A stretch of DNA of 64,000 nt, taken from NCBI GenBank assembly GCA_905480095.1, contig CAJQPF010000034.1, positions 2,694-66,693 of the forward strand, given 5' to 3'. Shown piece after piece: positions 1-9,449 of the stretch (its first letter is position 1; each line of letters starts with the position of its first letter). This DNA is from an uncultured Flavobacteriales bacterium. Its GTDB lineage: Bacteria > Bacteroidota > Bacteroidia > Flavobacteriales_D > Sanyastnellaceae. A program made the position numbers and the translations under genes. The notes under the pieces are model-generated. The model saw only the letters and a list, made by a program, of their open reading frames with translations. It did no database searches and had not been told where the DNA came from.

Positions 1-34
1 AGAATCAGAAACACATTAAGTGATTTAGGTGTGA

Positions 35-1075
35 ATGTCACGGATGGAAAAGACGGAAGTTCATGGTCTCATGAATAGACATCTTTATTCTATCGCATTG
101 GTCATACTCAGCGCTGTAATATTCGGGCTATCAAGTTGCTCGAATGAGAAGCCATCAAATGACAAGAACACGTTGGAAGTTGAAGAGGTTATTTTAACCC
201 CAGATTTCTCGAGTGATTCTGCCTACTATTATGTGGAGAAACAAGTGGGTTTTGGGCCTCGGGTTCCAAATACCTTAGAACACAACACATGCGGGGTTTG
301 GCTTGCTGATGAGTTAAGGAGACATGGCGCGGAGGTCATCGTTCAGGAGGCTCGGGCGAAGGCCTTTGACGGAAAGATTCTTGAATTACAGAACATTGTA
401 GGACAGTACAACCTAGAAGCGAAAAGCCGTGTCATGCTATATGCTCATTGGGATACAAGACCTTTTGCCGACAAGGACACAGTGCGTAAAAACGACCCCA
501 TAGACGGGGCAAATGACGGTGGCTCTGGGGTAGGGATACTGTTGGAGATTGCACGTCAATTCAGCATTAAAGCGCCAAGCATTGGCGTTGATATTGTTTT
601 CTTTGACGGAGAGGACTATGGGAGTCCTGACGGCTCACCATCTACAAGTACGAGTTATTTGTATTGGTGTTTAGGGAGCCAAGAATGGGCCAAACAACCT
701 CACAGGTACGGTTATCGCGCAAGATTCGGCATCTTACTCGACATGGTCGGCGCAAAGGATGCTGTTTTCAATAGAGAGGGCACTTCGATGAAGTATGCGC
801 CGAATATCGTCAGGAAGATTTGGTCTAGAGCCTCAGAATTGGGACATGGCAAACTGTTTAGCAACCGCGAGACTCCCCCCACAATCGACGACAATCTCTT
901 TGTGAGTGAATTGGGCGGCGTGCCCAGTGCAAATATTGTGGATTATCGAATGCAAGTAATCCCTATGGGATACGGTCCTTTTCACCATACTCATGGGGAC
1001 AACATGAGCATCATCGACAAAGGCACGTTACAGGCAGTGGGTGAAACAGTGCTTTCAGTTGTCTACAGTGAGTAG
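35..1075 (+). CDS. M28-family zinc peptidase / glutaminyl-cyclase-like secreted lipoprotein
   Basis: ATG start. N-terminal hydrophobic helix with lipobox-like GLSSC. M28-type metal-ligand blocks HWDTRPFAD, DGANDGGSGVG and VFFDGEDYG. Confidence 0.8.
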   Translation: MSRMEKTEVHGLMNRHLYSIALVILSAVIFGLSSCSNEKPSNDKNTLEVEEVILTPDFSSDSAYYYVEKQVGFGPRVPNTLEHNTCGVWLADELRRHGAEVIVQEARAKAFDGKILELQNIVGQYNLEAKSRVMLYAHWDTRPFADKDTVRKNDPIDGANDGGSGVGILLEIARQFSIKAPSIGVDIVFFDGEDYGSPDGSPSTSTSYLYWCLGSQEWAKQPHRYGYRARFGILLDMVGAKDAVFNREGTSMKYAPNIVRKIWSRASELGHGKLFSNRETPPTIDDNLFVSELGGVPSANIVDYRMQVIPMGYGPFHHTHGDNMSIIDKGTLQAVGETVLSVVYSE

Positions 1076-1207
1076 TCCATAACCCGCTCTGATTGTCTCC
1101 AAGTTGAAGCGACTGCAAGTTATTTTAGGGACATCATAAGGCTTGTCAACATATCCTTCATTTTACTCTTCTCATGGGGCGGCTATTCAGCCCAAAACGA
1201 GAACGCC

Positions 1208-2863
1208 TTGTCTCTCTTATCCAGAGCTGACAGCCTTGTTGAAGCAGGCAAACCAGTGGCAGCACTCAGTTTATATCGGTCCGTAGGAGAAACGACTCTA
1301 GATTATTGCATTATTGCCCAATCTGAAGTGGGAAAAGGGCGCATTCAACAAAAAGCAGGGAATTTAGAAAGGGCATCAAAAGCATGGCGGTCCGTGGAAA
1401 ACAATTGTTCAATGTGTCCTTCCATAATCAGGAGTAAACTGGTTTTCTATACTGTAGAAGGATGGATCAGTCAAGGGGAGGAAACTTTGGCGATGAACTT
1501 AATCGATTTGGAAACCAGCAGAAAGCCAGATCAAACATGGGTGTCAAAATTAGAACTCCTTCGGGCCAGGATATACTTTCTAAATGGTGAATGGAACAAA
1601 GCTCGTGAGGCATCTACTCCCAATTTTGAGAAAGGGGAGGTCGACATTGACCGATTAATATTGTGGGTGCAGTCAGGCGTCTTAGAAGGGTTGGGGATTG
1701 ATGCGTCAGGGATCGAACATATAGAAAAAATGAGAACCGAAGGGGACGTCGGGAAAATTGATGCCGCTTACGCCAACCTGCACACGTTGCTCGTCACTGA
1801 GAAACGATACGGTGAAGCGCTTGATTGGTCCAAATCCATGCTTCTTCATTCTGACCCGGTGACACATCCAGAAGGTTGGATTTTAGGCCAAATTAGAATC
1901 GCAACATCTGCCGAGTTGTCTGGGAAAACCCTGGATGCACTTTTGGCGCATCACGAAGCTGTAAGAGCCGCTGAGAAATTAGGGGATGATCTATTAACTG
2001 CACGAACATGTAGAGAACGCGCTCGATTTGATGCAATGAGAGGAGACGACAAATCAGCGTACATGTATTTGCACAAAGCGGATAGCTTGGCGCTTGCAAT
2101 GATCGCAGCTGCAGAAATAGGTCGGGAACCCAAATCGTTTAAAAACCACCCGCTTCCTGAACTTGATCCGTTTGATCTCGCTTCTGCAAATGCTGCAAAA
2201 ACCTCAGAGCCCGGGGCATGGCCATTCGCAGCCGCTTTAATCGCTTTAGGACTTATTGCATTCATGATTAGGAACTTCGATTTAAGACGTACACTCAGAA
2301 AAGAACGACTTCGAACGATGCGACTGCACACCATGTTTGGTAAAAACAGCACCCCTGATATCGGCACCTTAGAAAGTGAAACCACAGAAGAAATCGTCGA
2401 AATATTAGAAACGCAATTTGCCAACTCATCTGAAGATTGGGAAAGAAGAGTGAGTGCAAATGCACTTGACTTTGATGATGTCATTGCATCTCTTGAAATG
2501 GAACTTGGAACTGTGGTAGAATGGGATCTGGAAAATGACAAAAAAGCGCCTGAAGCGCCTGAAGGACTGCTTCCTCTCCTCTTAATTACACTTAGACGAT
2601 TGCTTCCTGCCGATGTCTCCCAAGAAACGGCATCTCCATTAAAGGCGACAATACGAAATGATTGGAGGGGCGTTCGAATTATGTTTGAGGGCGCACCAAG
2701 TTCTGCCACACAAGAATTGAAAGCACTTTTTTCAGGAAACTCATCCTCTCCTACTTGGTCACCGGTGTTTGAACAGGCAGAACGAATGGCTGGTAGAGTC
2801 CTGTTAGAATGCAATCAAATCGGCGCTCATTCCGTCGTTTTAGATCTTCCGCACGCGAAGTAA
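1208..2863 (+). CDS. Hypothetical TPR-like membrane protein with one central TM helix (sensor-kinase-like layout but no recognisable H-box)
   Basis: 551-aa ORF with a TTG start. Helical TPR-like N-terminal half, one TM segment (AWPFAAALIALGLIAFMI) and a C-terminal globular region without clear kinase motifs. The start is uncertain (see finding at 1073-1210). Confidence 0.5.
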   Translation: MSLLSRADSLVEAGKPVAALSLYRSVGETTLDYCIIAQSEVGKGRIQQKAGNLERASKAWRSVENNCSMCPSIIRSKLVFYTVEGWISQGEETLAMNLIDLETSRKPDQTWVSKLELLRARIYFLNGEWNKAREASTPNFEKGEVDIDRLILWVQSGVLEGLGIDASGIEHIEKMRTEGDVGKIDAAYANLHTLLVTEKRYGEALDWSKSMLLHSDPVTHPEGWILGQIRIATSAELSGKTLDALLAHHEAVRAAEKLGDDLLTARTCRERARFDAMRGDDKSAYMYLHKADSLALAMIAAAEIGREPKSFKNHPLPELDPFDLASANAAKTSEPGAWPFAAALIALGLIAFMIRNFDLRRTLRKERLRTMRLHTMFGKNSTPDIGTLESETTEEIVEILETQFANSSEDWERRVSANALDFDDVIASLEMELGTVVEWDLENDKKAPEAPEGLLPLLLITLRRLLPADVSQETASPLKATIRNDWRGVRIMFEGAPSSATQELKALFSGNSSSPTWSPVFEQAERMAGRVLLECNQIGAHSVVLDLPHAK

Positions 2864-2895
2864 ACTTCTAGTTTCACAACTGTTTGAAAATTGTA

Positions 2896-3918
2896 TTAGC
2901 GCTCTCCACTAAATTGATCTAAGAAACGCTTGTCGTTCTCAAAGAAAAGTCGAAGGTCTGAGATTTGATATTTAAGCATCGTGATGCGTTCAATTCCCAT
3001 TCCGTAAGCAAAGCCACTGTACTTTTTTGAATCAATCCCATTTGCCTCTAAAACATGAGGGTCAACCATGCCGCATCCAAGAATTTCTAACCAGCCAGTA
3101 CCTTTGGTGATCCGCTTATCCACCTCCGTTTCTAAACCCCAATAAACATCTACTTCAGCACTGGGTTCCGTGAACGGAAAGTAAGAAGGTCTTAAACGAA
3201 TCTTCGTCTTTGGACCGAAAAAGAGTTTCGCAAAATGCAGTAAATTCTGTTTTAGATCTGCAAAAGAAACATCTTCATCTATATAAAGTCCTTCAATCTG
3301 GTGAAACATACAATGTGCGCGCGCAGAAACAGCTTCATTCCTAAACACTCGCCCTGGCATGATGATTCTCATGGGTGGTTTACGTCTCTCCATTTCTCTG
3401 ACTTGGACTGAACTTGTATGCGTTCTTAGAAGGAGATCTGGATTTCGTTCCACAAAGAACGTGTCCTGCATATCTCTCGCAGGATGTTCTGGGGGGAAAT
3501 TGAGTCCACTAAACACATGCCAATCATCTTCGATTTCCGGCCCTTCCACAACGCCATACCCCATGTTTTTGAAGATGCTAACGATCTCTCGTCGCACGAC
3601 CTGTAGTGGATGATGCGTACCCAGTGCAACGCCACCCGCAGGTCGTGAGAAATCAATTCCACTTGCGTTTGCAGCTTCTTTGTTGTTAAAGTTTGATTGC
3701 TCTTGGGCAACTCTTGCTTCAACAGCACCTTTCACTTGATTAATGAGGGGGCCGAGTTCACGCTTGAGCTCAGGGGCAACGCTTCTAAACTGTACCATTA
3801 AGTCCTTCATCTTTCCATTACGTCCGATGAATTCCACACGAAACGCTTCTACTTGATCTGCAGAATCAAAGTTTCTGCTTTCAATATCTATGAGCAATGC
3901 CTCTAATTCCTCCTTCAT
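2896..3918 (-). CDS. pheS: Phenylalanine--tRNA ligase alpha subunit
   Basis: 340 aa with class II aaRS motifs (HPARDMQDTFF, FRNEAVSARAHCMFHQIEG, GMGIERITML). Start overlaps the upstream gene's stop as TAATG. Confidence 0.95.
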   Translation of the reverse strand: MKEELEALLIDIESRNFDSADQVEAFRVEFIGRNGKMKDLMVQFRSVAPELKRELGPLINQVKGAVEARVAQEQSNFNNKEAANASGIDFSRPAGGVALGTHHPLQVVRREIVSIFKNMGYGVVEGPEIEDDWHVFSGLNFPPEHPARDMQDTFFVERNPDLLLRTHTSSVQVREMERRKPPMRIIMPGRVFRNEAVSARAHCMFHQIEGLYIDEDVSFADLKQNLLHFAKLFFGPKTKIRLRPSYFPFTEPSAEVDVYWGLETEVDKRITKGTGWLEILGCGMVDPHVLEANGIDSKKYSGFAYGMGIERITMLKYQISDLRLFFENDKRFLDQFSGER

Positions 3919-4628
3919 TATTTCAAAACTTCAACTGTAAATTTAACATCCTCAACGGGTCTATTTCCTGAAGCGACTTTGACGGCCGCAATGGAATCAA
4001 GAATATCCAATCCATCAATGACAAGGCCAAATACAGTGTAATTCATATCTAAGAATGGCGTCCCTCCTATTTCAGAGTAGCTTGATTTCATCTCTTCAGT
4101 ATAGGCAAAGTCCGGAAATTGTGCTTGAATCTTACGCTCTAAACTCATAAGCTCACCAGGCTTCCAAGTTTTGCCTTGCACGATATAAAACTGACTGCCT
4201 GATGAATCCTTCTCAGGGTTTACATTGTCGGGTTGTCTTGCAGCGGCAAGAGCGCCTTTAATATGAACAAGGTCTGACCTCATCTCTTCTTCAATTGTAT
4301 ACCCAGGACCACCGCTGCCCAAACGCATTCCAGAATCCGCATTCAAGCTTTTTGGATCTCCACCTTGAACCATAAAACCCTGCATCACACGATGAAAAAG
4401 CAGATTGTCGTAAAACCCCTCTTCTGCCAATTTGATAAAATTATCTCTGTGTTCGGGAGTAGAATCGGACAAAACCACGGTAATATCTCCTAAATCCGTG
4501 TGAATTATTGCTTTACGGGGAGAGTTAACCTGTCCATTTTGATCACATCCAGAAGCGGACATCATAAAAAACGAGGCTAAAATGATAGCGAATGTCCCTA
4601 AAAATGTTTGTGACTGAGATTTTTTCAT
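3918..4628 (-). CDS. Cyclophilin-type peptidyl-prolyl cis-trans isomerase, lipoprotein
   Basis: Signal peptide plus lipobox (MSASGC). Cyclophilin signature FHRVMQGFMVQGGDP and SQFYIV. Confidence 0.9.
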   Translation of the reverse strand: MKKSQSQTFLGTFAIILASFFMMSASGCDQNGQVNSPRKAIIHTDLGDITVVLSDSTPEHRDNFIKLAEEGFYDNLLFHRVMQGFMVQGGDPKSLNADSGMRLGSGGPGYTIEEEMRSDLVHIKGALAAARQPDNVNPEKDSSGSQFYIVQGKTWKPGELMSLERKIQAQFPDFAYTEEMKSSYSEIGGTPFLDMNYTVFGLVIDGLDILDSIAAVKVASGNRPVEDVKFTVEVLK

Positions 4629-4679
4629 GATATTTGTGTTCCTTGGAATTCAATCCGCTAAGTTATAACCCTACCTGCA

Positions 4680-5063
4680 ATGAACCGCCTATTTCCCATA
4701 TTCACTCTCGCAGCAATTGTAATCGCAATTTCTAGTTGCTATGAAGTTGACCCCACTATCGCAAATATTCAGGTTTATCGTGTAGACCAAGTCGGGGAGA
4801 AGATTCCTGTAGCTGGATGTGATGTTCGCTTATATGCTTTGGGGTCATTAGATGAAGACTTCGTTGGTGAACCAAGGTTTGACACCACTCAAACAACATC
4901 AGAAGAAGGGTTTGTCTCATTCAACTTCTCTGACATGTATGTGGGAGGACAAGCAGGTTTCGCAGTCTTAGATGTTGAGGCTTCAAAAGGTTCGCTTTAT
5001 GGATCAGGTCTCATCAAGATTGAAGAAATGATGACCAACGAGGAGGAAGTTGTCGTAGAATAA
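4680..5063 (+). CDS. Hypothetical small lipoprotein
   Basis: 127 aa with a signal peptide and lipobox (AISSC), and a beta-rich body. No family recognised. Confidence 0.55.
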   Translation: MNRLFPIFTLAAIVIAISSCYEVDPTIANIQVYRVDQVGEKIPVAGCDVRLYALGSLDEDFVGEPRFDTTQTTSEEGFVSFNFSDMYVGGQAGFAVLDVEASKGSLYGSGLIKIEEMMTNEEEVVVE

Positions 5064-5068
5064 CTGAA

Positions 5069-5416
5069 TTAATCCGAGATCCAGGCCGCGAAGTATTCGA
5101 TAAGTTGACGCTTCATCATGAGTTCTTGTTCGTCGGAATTTAATTCTGGCAACTCCCCTATCCGCTCAAAATGCGGCCAACCATCCTCATCAAGTCCCAA
5201 AGATTTGTAATACCCCAGTGGCTCAAGCAAGGTGCAAACCCCAACATGCATCAGGTTGACTTTGTCATCTTTTTTATACTCACGTGGGCCGAGTGAGACT
5301 TCTTGAAGCCCAACTGCAAAAACAATGGCGGTGACATCTGGCTGATCGCCAAACCTTTCCAACATCAATTTTAAAAGTTTATTCCACTCCCGTTCGAATT
5401 CAAAATCCATATTCAC
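5069..5416 (-). CDS. Hypothetical cytoplasmic protein
   Basis: 115-aa acidic ORF with an ATG start. No competing ORF and no recognisable motif. Confidence 0.5.
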   Translation of the reverse strand: MNMDFEFEREWNKLLKLMLERFGDQPDVTAIVFAVGLQEVSLGPREYKKDDKVNLMHVGVCTLLEPLGYYKSLGLDEDGWPHFERIGELPELNSDEQELMMKRQLIEYFAAWISD

Positions 5417-5519
5417 TTCTTCGTTGCGGTAAAATCACACTGCGAATCTCTACCTTTTCCTTGATATTCCTATCCCGGGATACCTTAAAATAATGAGCGC
5501 AACAGCATTCATTTAATAG

Positions 5520-5592
5520 TCGGGATGACAGGACTTGAACCTGCGACTTCACGTCCCCCAGACGCGTACTCTACCAACTGAGCTACATCCCG
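5520..5592 (-). tRNA. tRNA-Pro (anticodon GGG)
   Basis: Minus-strand read: CGGGATG-TA-GCTC-AGTTGGTA-GAGT-A-CGCGT-CTGGGGG-ACGTG-AAGTC-GCAGG-TTCAAGT-CCTGT-CATCCCG-A. All four stems pair, U33 is present, the anticodon is GGG and G37 is present. No CCA is encoded. Confidence 0.9.
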
Positions 5593-5639
5593 ATTTGGAG
5601 ACGCAAAGTTAGTAACTTAGCCTCACATTAAAAGCAGTT

Positions 5640-8114
5640 ATGAAGGTATCATATAGAAAGATAAATGAATTCTTAGATTTTCAATTGTCCGCAATGGATG
5701 CGGCCACTGTATTAACTGCAACTGGACTAGAAATTGAAGGCGTAGAAACAGTTGATGACATTCAAGGTGGATTGAGAGGACTCGTTGTGGGGGCTATTAT
5801 TCAATGTGAACAACACCCAAATGCGGACAGACTTCGTTGTTGCAAAGTGGATGTTGGAGAGGGTGAACCCTTAGACATCGTTTGCGGAGCACCAAATGCA
5901 GCAACAGGATTAAAGGTAGTTGTGGCGACGATTGGCACAGAACTTTTCCCCAAAGATGGTGATGCGTTCAAAATTAAAAAAGGTAAAATCCGCGGTGAGG
6001 TAAGCAATGGGATGCTATGTGGTGCAGAGGAAGTCGGAATTGGAGAACCAAATGGAGGGATTATTGAACTTGACGAAAAGTGGAGGGCGGGAACTGCATT
6101 AAGTGAAGTCTTTGGTGTGGGATCTGATTCCGTTTTAGAAATCGGCCTGACACCCAACAGAAATGATGCCATGGGACATTGGGGTGTCGCAAGAGATCTT
6201 AGGGCTGGGCTTTTACATGGAACAGTTCAAGAGTTCACCCAAGAAAACCTTCCTGAAGTGCGCATGCTGAAACGCATGGAAATTGACTTCGAAAGGGGGT
6301 TAAGTGATGGCGTTAAAGCAGAAATAGAAACAAGTGTTTCTGAACTGACACCCCGATATACATTAATTGAGATTGAAGGACTTAAAATTGGGCCCTCACC
6401 TGATCATGCTCAAAGATTCCTGAGGAGCATCGGATGTGCACCCATAAATAATATCGTAGATGCAACAAATTACGTACTGCATGAGTTAGGCCAACCTTTG
6501 CATGCATTTGATGCTGATACCATTCAGGGAGGATTAAGCGTACGACTTGCCTCAAAAGACGAGAAGATTACCACGCTTGATGGAGAAAACCGTGAACTCA
6601 ATGAAAGCGATTTAGTGATTGCGGATGCAAATGAAGCAATGTGTATCGCTGGGGTCTTTGGAAGCGAGAAACATGGCGTGAGCAAAGACACGAAACGCAT
6701 CCTTCTAGAATCTGCATTCTTCAATCCTGTTTCGATTCGAAAATCAGCAAAGAGACATGGTCTATCTACAGATGCATCATTCAGGTTTGAAAGAGAAGTA
6801 GATCCGAATTTAATTGAAGCCGCAGGAGAGAGAGCCGCCGAACTGATTTGTGAATGGAGTGGAGGTCATGTTGTGGGGGCTGTAAAATTGGGCAAAACTG
6901 GAGTAGCACCTGGTTATCAGGTTGAGCTTGAATGGGAAATGTTAGATAAGTTGATTGGACAAAAACTTGATCGAACACATGTGATGTCCATTTTAAAATC
7001 TCTAGAGATAGATGTGATTCAAGAAAGTGAAGGCAACTTAAACTTGTTGGTTCCTGCATACAGAAGCGATGTGACGCGTCCTGCTGACGTTGTTGAGGAG
7101 ATCTTGAGGATTCATGGCTTTGACCAAATAAATATCCCTACGCGTATATCTAGTACACTTGAGATTCCTTCTGGACCAGACAGAGAAGATATTCTTTTCG
7201 GATTAAGCGCCACACTTGTCGCACGTGGATTTAATGAGATCATGTCAAATTCTTTGACCAAATCAAGTTATGCTGAATGCGTGAAAGATGGTGATTTGGA
7301 TCCAACCAAATCAGTAGAGATCCTCAATCCGCTTAGTGGAGATTTGGGGGTGATGAGGCAGTCATTGGTTTTCCAAGGGCTTGAAGCGATCTCTAGAAAC
7401 CGGAATTACAAATCGTCCGATTTGAGGTTTTTCGAGTTAGGAAGGACCTACCAGGTGAATGAAAAAGGGCAGACACAAGGATATAAAGAAACGGAACATT
7501 TGAGTCTCTGGGTGACGGGGCGTAAAGTGCCTGTAAACTGGAATTCACAAGACGAGCAAGTTGATATGTTTACGCTAAAGGAGGCTGTCGGCGCTTTACT
7601 TGAACAAGTAGGCGTTCGCGCCAAAGTGAGCGAAATGGTGGATGAAGGTGGATTACTTCTGGAGGGCAATCTGATTAAAATTGGCAACAACGTCATCGGA
7701 AGATTTGGACAAGTACATCCCGATGTGACAAAAACGTGTAAAGTTGACGCTCCAGTGTTTTGGGCTGATTTACGTGTAAAACCGCTTTTGAAAGCTCGGA
7801 AGAAAAGAAAACTGGTGGCTGAAGACCTCCCTAAATTCCCTTCAGTAAAAAGAGATCTGTCATTCATTCTTGACAAAACAGTCAGTTTTGAAGTCATTAA
7901 AGAAGTTGCTTTTAAAGCAGAAAATAAAATCTTGAAAAAAGTATCCTTATTTGACGTTTATGAAGGTGATAAACTCGAGAAGGGAAAAGTCAGTTATGCC
8001 ATCGGCCTCATCCTACAAGATGCGAGTAAAACGCTTACTGACAAACAAATCGATAAGAGTGTATCCAAGATTCTAGAAGCTATCACAAATGCAACTGGTG
8101 CAACACTCCGTTAA
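5640..8114 (+). CDS. pheT: Phenylalanine--tRNA ligase beta subunit
   Basis: 824 aa. N-terminal tRNA-binding domain (HPNADRLRCCKVDVG), B3/4 and B5 regions, and a C-terminal anticodon-binding-like domain. Confidence 0.95.
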   Translation: MKVSYRKINEFLDFQLSAMDAATVLTATGLEIEGVETVDDIQGGLRGLVVGAIIQCEQHPNADRLRCCKVDVGEGEPLDIVCGAPNAATGLKVVVATIGTELFPKDGDAFKIKKGKIRGEVSNGMLCGAEEVGIGEPNGGIIELDEKWRAGTALSEVFGVGSDSVLEIGLTPNRNDAMGHWGVARDLRAGLLHGTVQEFTQENLPEVRMLKRMEIDFERGLSDGVKAEIETSVSELTPRYTLIEIEGLKIGPSPDHAQRFLRSIGCAPINNIVDATNYVLHELGQPLHAFDADTIQGGLSVRLASKDEKITTLDGENRELNESDLVIADANEAMCIAGVFGSEKHGVSKDTKRILLESAFFNPVSIRKSAKRHGLSTDASFRFEREVDPNLIEAAGERAAELICEWSGGHVVGAVKLGKTGVAPGYQVELEWEMLDKLIGQKLDRTHVMSILKSLEIDVIQESEGNLNLLVPAYRSDVTRPADVVEEILRIHGFDQINIPTRISSTLEIPSGPDREDILFGLSATLVARGFNEIMSNSLTKSSYAECVKDGDLDPTKSVEILNPLSGDLGVMRQSLVFQGLEAISRNRNYKSSDLRFFELGRTYQVNEKGQTQGYKETEHLSLWVTGRKVPVNWNSQDEQVDMFTLKEAVGALLEQVGVRAKVSEMVDEGGLLLEGNLIKIGNNVIGRFGQVHPDVTKTCKVDAPVFWADLRVKPLLKARKKRKLVAEDLPKFPSVKRDLSFILDKTVSFEVIKEVAFKAENKILKKVSLFDVYEGDKLEKGKVSYAIGLILQDASKTLTDKQIDKSVSKILEAITNATGATLR

Positions 8115-8117
8115 TTG

Positions 8118-9449
8118 ATGAATAAGGATCTCAGACCCATTATAACACCACCTGTTCATAGGGTAACGTTGACTCATTTTCTGACAAGGGAAATGGTGAG
8201 GCAGGGCATTAAGAGGTTTCACAGAATGGTGAATCATGAAGGCAGTGAAAATTTGCCTGATGAAAAATGTCCGATGATTTTCGTTTCCAATCATCAGAAT
8301 GGACTAATGGACCCCATGGTGGTTTCCGGGCTATTAAAGCCTCAGCTTCACTGGCTCACACGCGCTGATGTATTTTGGAATCCCTTCGCACGCAGGTATC
8401 TTATGGGATGCAACAGTATCCCAATTTACAGACAGAGAGACAGGCTTCCGGATTTAAAAAAAAGAAATGAAATCATTTGGGATTGTTGCACAAAAAGATT
8501 AGAAAAAGGTGCTGTATTGTCTCTTTTTCCTGAAGGCAATCACCTTTCAAAAAAAACAATTAGAAAATTAAAAAGAGGACTAAGTGACCTCCTTGGATTG
8601 GCAATAAGTAGGTCTGAAAAACTGATGCAACTTAAAGTGATACCGGTCGGCATTGACTATGAAGATTATCCGGGATATAAACGACGCCTCAGCTTCAGAA
8701 TAGGAAAAGAAATCGAGTGGAGAGATTTATATAATGTTAAAACCAAAAGCATCGATTACATGAAGTTTACAGCGCGTGTTCAAGAAGCGCTGAGCAAGCT
8801 CGCTATTGATATAAGACCCGCTGAAATGTATGACGATTTATACCCATACGTTCGTGCGATGAACACGACAAAAGCAAAAAATGAAGCATGGGGAGTCATT
8901 CTCAAAGAGTTAGATCGAATTGCAGAAGCTGGTAAAAGTGAAAAGTGGCGCAGTGAAGTCATCGATGCGGCAAAAAGTCTACGTGAAAATGGATTTGACA
9001 ATTCGATGAGATCTGAACCTTGGGGAATGGATGCAAATCACATGGCGAAAAAGAAAGTTTGGGCCGTGTTGCTGATCCCTTTTTCATGGATAGCAAATGC
9101 ACCCAGCGCAATTCAGCAATATCTGATTAACCGTCGTGGAGATAAAATTAAGGCTTTGGAATTTAGAAGCACGCTGAAAGTCGTTTCCGCGATGTTTATC
9201 TACCCGCTTTCTTGGACGCTCATTGCAATATTGGTGGGCATGTACAGTCCGCAGTTCTGGCTGGGGTTTCTTGGAGTTTGGGCTTGGGCAACGTTTGGTA
9301 ACCGATTTTACGGATGGTTACAAGGACATCTTCACGACCACCGTGATGCACGCGAAGGAAGAAGGTTTTGGGAGACTGAGGAGAGCCACGACTTGAGAAA
9401 AGCTTGGACACACTACATTGAGATGATACAAAAAGACACTGCCGCATGA
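8118..9449 (+). CDS. PlsC-family (lysophospholipid/glycerol-phosphate) acyltransferase with C-terminal membrane extension
   Basis: Acyltransferase blocks: HX4D (SNHQNGLMDP), FPEGNH and VIPVGIDY. C-terminal hydrophobic helices. ATG at 8118, 3 nt after the pheT stop (the track start at 8115 is TTG). Confidence 0.8.
   Translation: MNKDLRPIITPPVHRVTLTHFLTREMVRQGIKRFHRMVNHEGSENLPDEKCPMIFVSNHQNGLMDPMVVSGLLKPQLHWLTRADVFWNPFARRYLMGCNSIPIYRQRDRLPDLKKRNEIIWDCCTKRLEKGAVLSLFPEGNHLSKKTIRKLKRGLSDLLGLAISRSEKLMQLKVIPVGIDYEDYPGYKRRLSFRIGKEIEWRDLYNVKTKSIDYMKFTARVQEALSKLAIDIRPAEMYDDLYPYVRAMNTTKAKNEAWGVILKELDRIAEAGKSEKWRSEVIDAAKSLRENGFDNSMRSEPWGMDANHMAKKKVWAVLLIPFSWIANAPSAIQQYLINRRGDKIKALEFRSTLKVVSAMFIYPLSWTLIAILVGMYSPQFWLGFLGVWAWATFGNRFYGWLQGHLHDHRDAREGRRFWETEESHDLRKAWTHYIEMIQKDTAA

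Noticed and set aside
2546-2563. Tandem duplication GCGCCTGAA x2.
   Set aside because: It is only two copies of 9 nt, in frame (APEAPE) inside a CDS. It is neither a repeat array nor CRISPR-like. No other spaced repeats were seen in the window.
1951-2814. 287-aa ORF antisense to the 551-aa TPR-like gene.
   Set aside because: The translation is Ser/Ala/Arg-rich and low in complexity, with no motifs. It lies entirely inside a better-supported ORF, which is a typical antisense artefact.
5471-5482. Perfect 12-nt palindrome TATCCCGGGATA downstream of the tRNA.
   Set aside because: A 6-bp stem with no loop and no following T tract on the tRNA strand is too short to call a terminator or operator. 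It contains a SmaI/XmaI-type site and is probably chance.
5417-5639. tRNA-Pro as a possible integration hotspot for a genomic island.
   Set aside because: There is no integrase, no repeat of the tRNA 3' end that I could find nearby, and the flanking genes are small conserved-looking hypotheticals plus pheT.
2896-8114. pheS and pheT are on opposite strands, separated by four genes and a tRNA.
   Set aside because: This is unusual compared with the E. coli pheST operon, but separate pheS and pheT are common in Bacteroidota, so it is not novel.
8456-8556. A8 homopolymer runs (8456-8463 and 8549-8556 in the acyltransferase gene; also 47491-47498) as possible phase-variation tracts.
   Set aside because: They encode Lys-rich stretches in an AT-leaning genome. 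The length of 8 is marginal, and the genes are not typical contingency loci.
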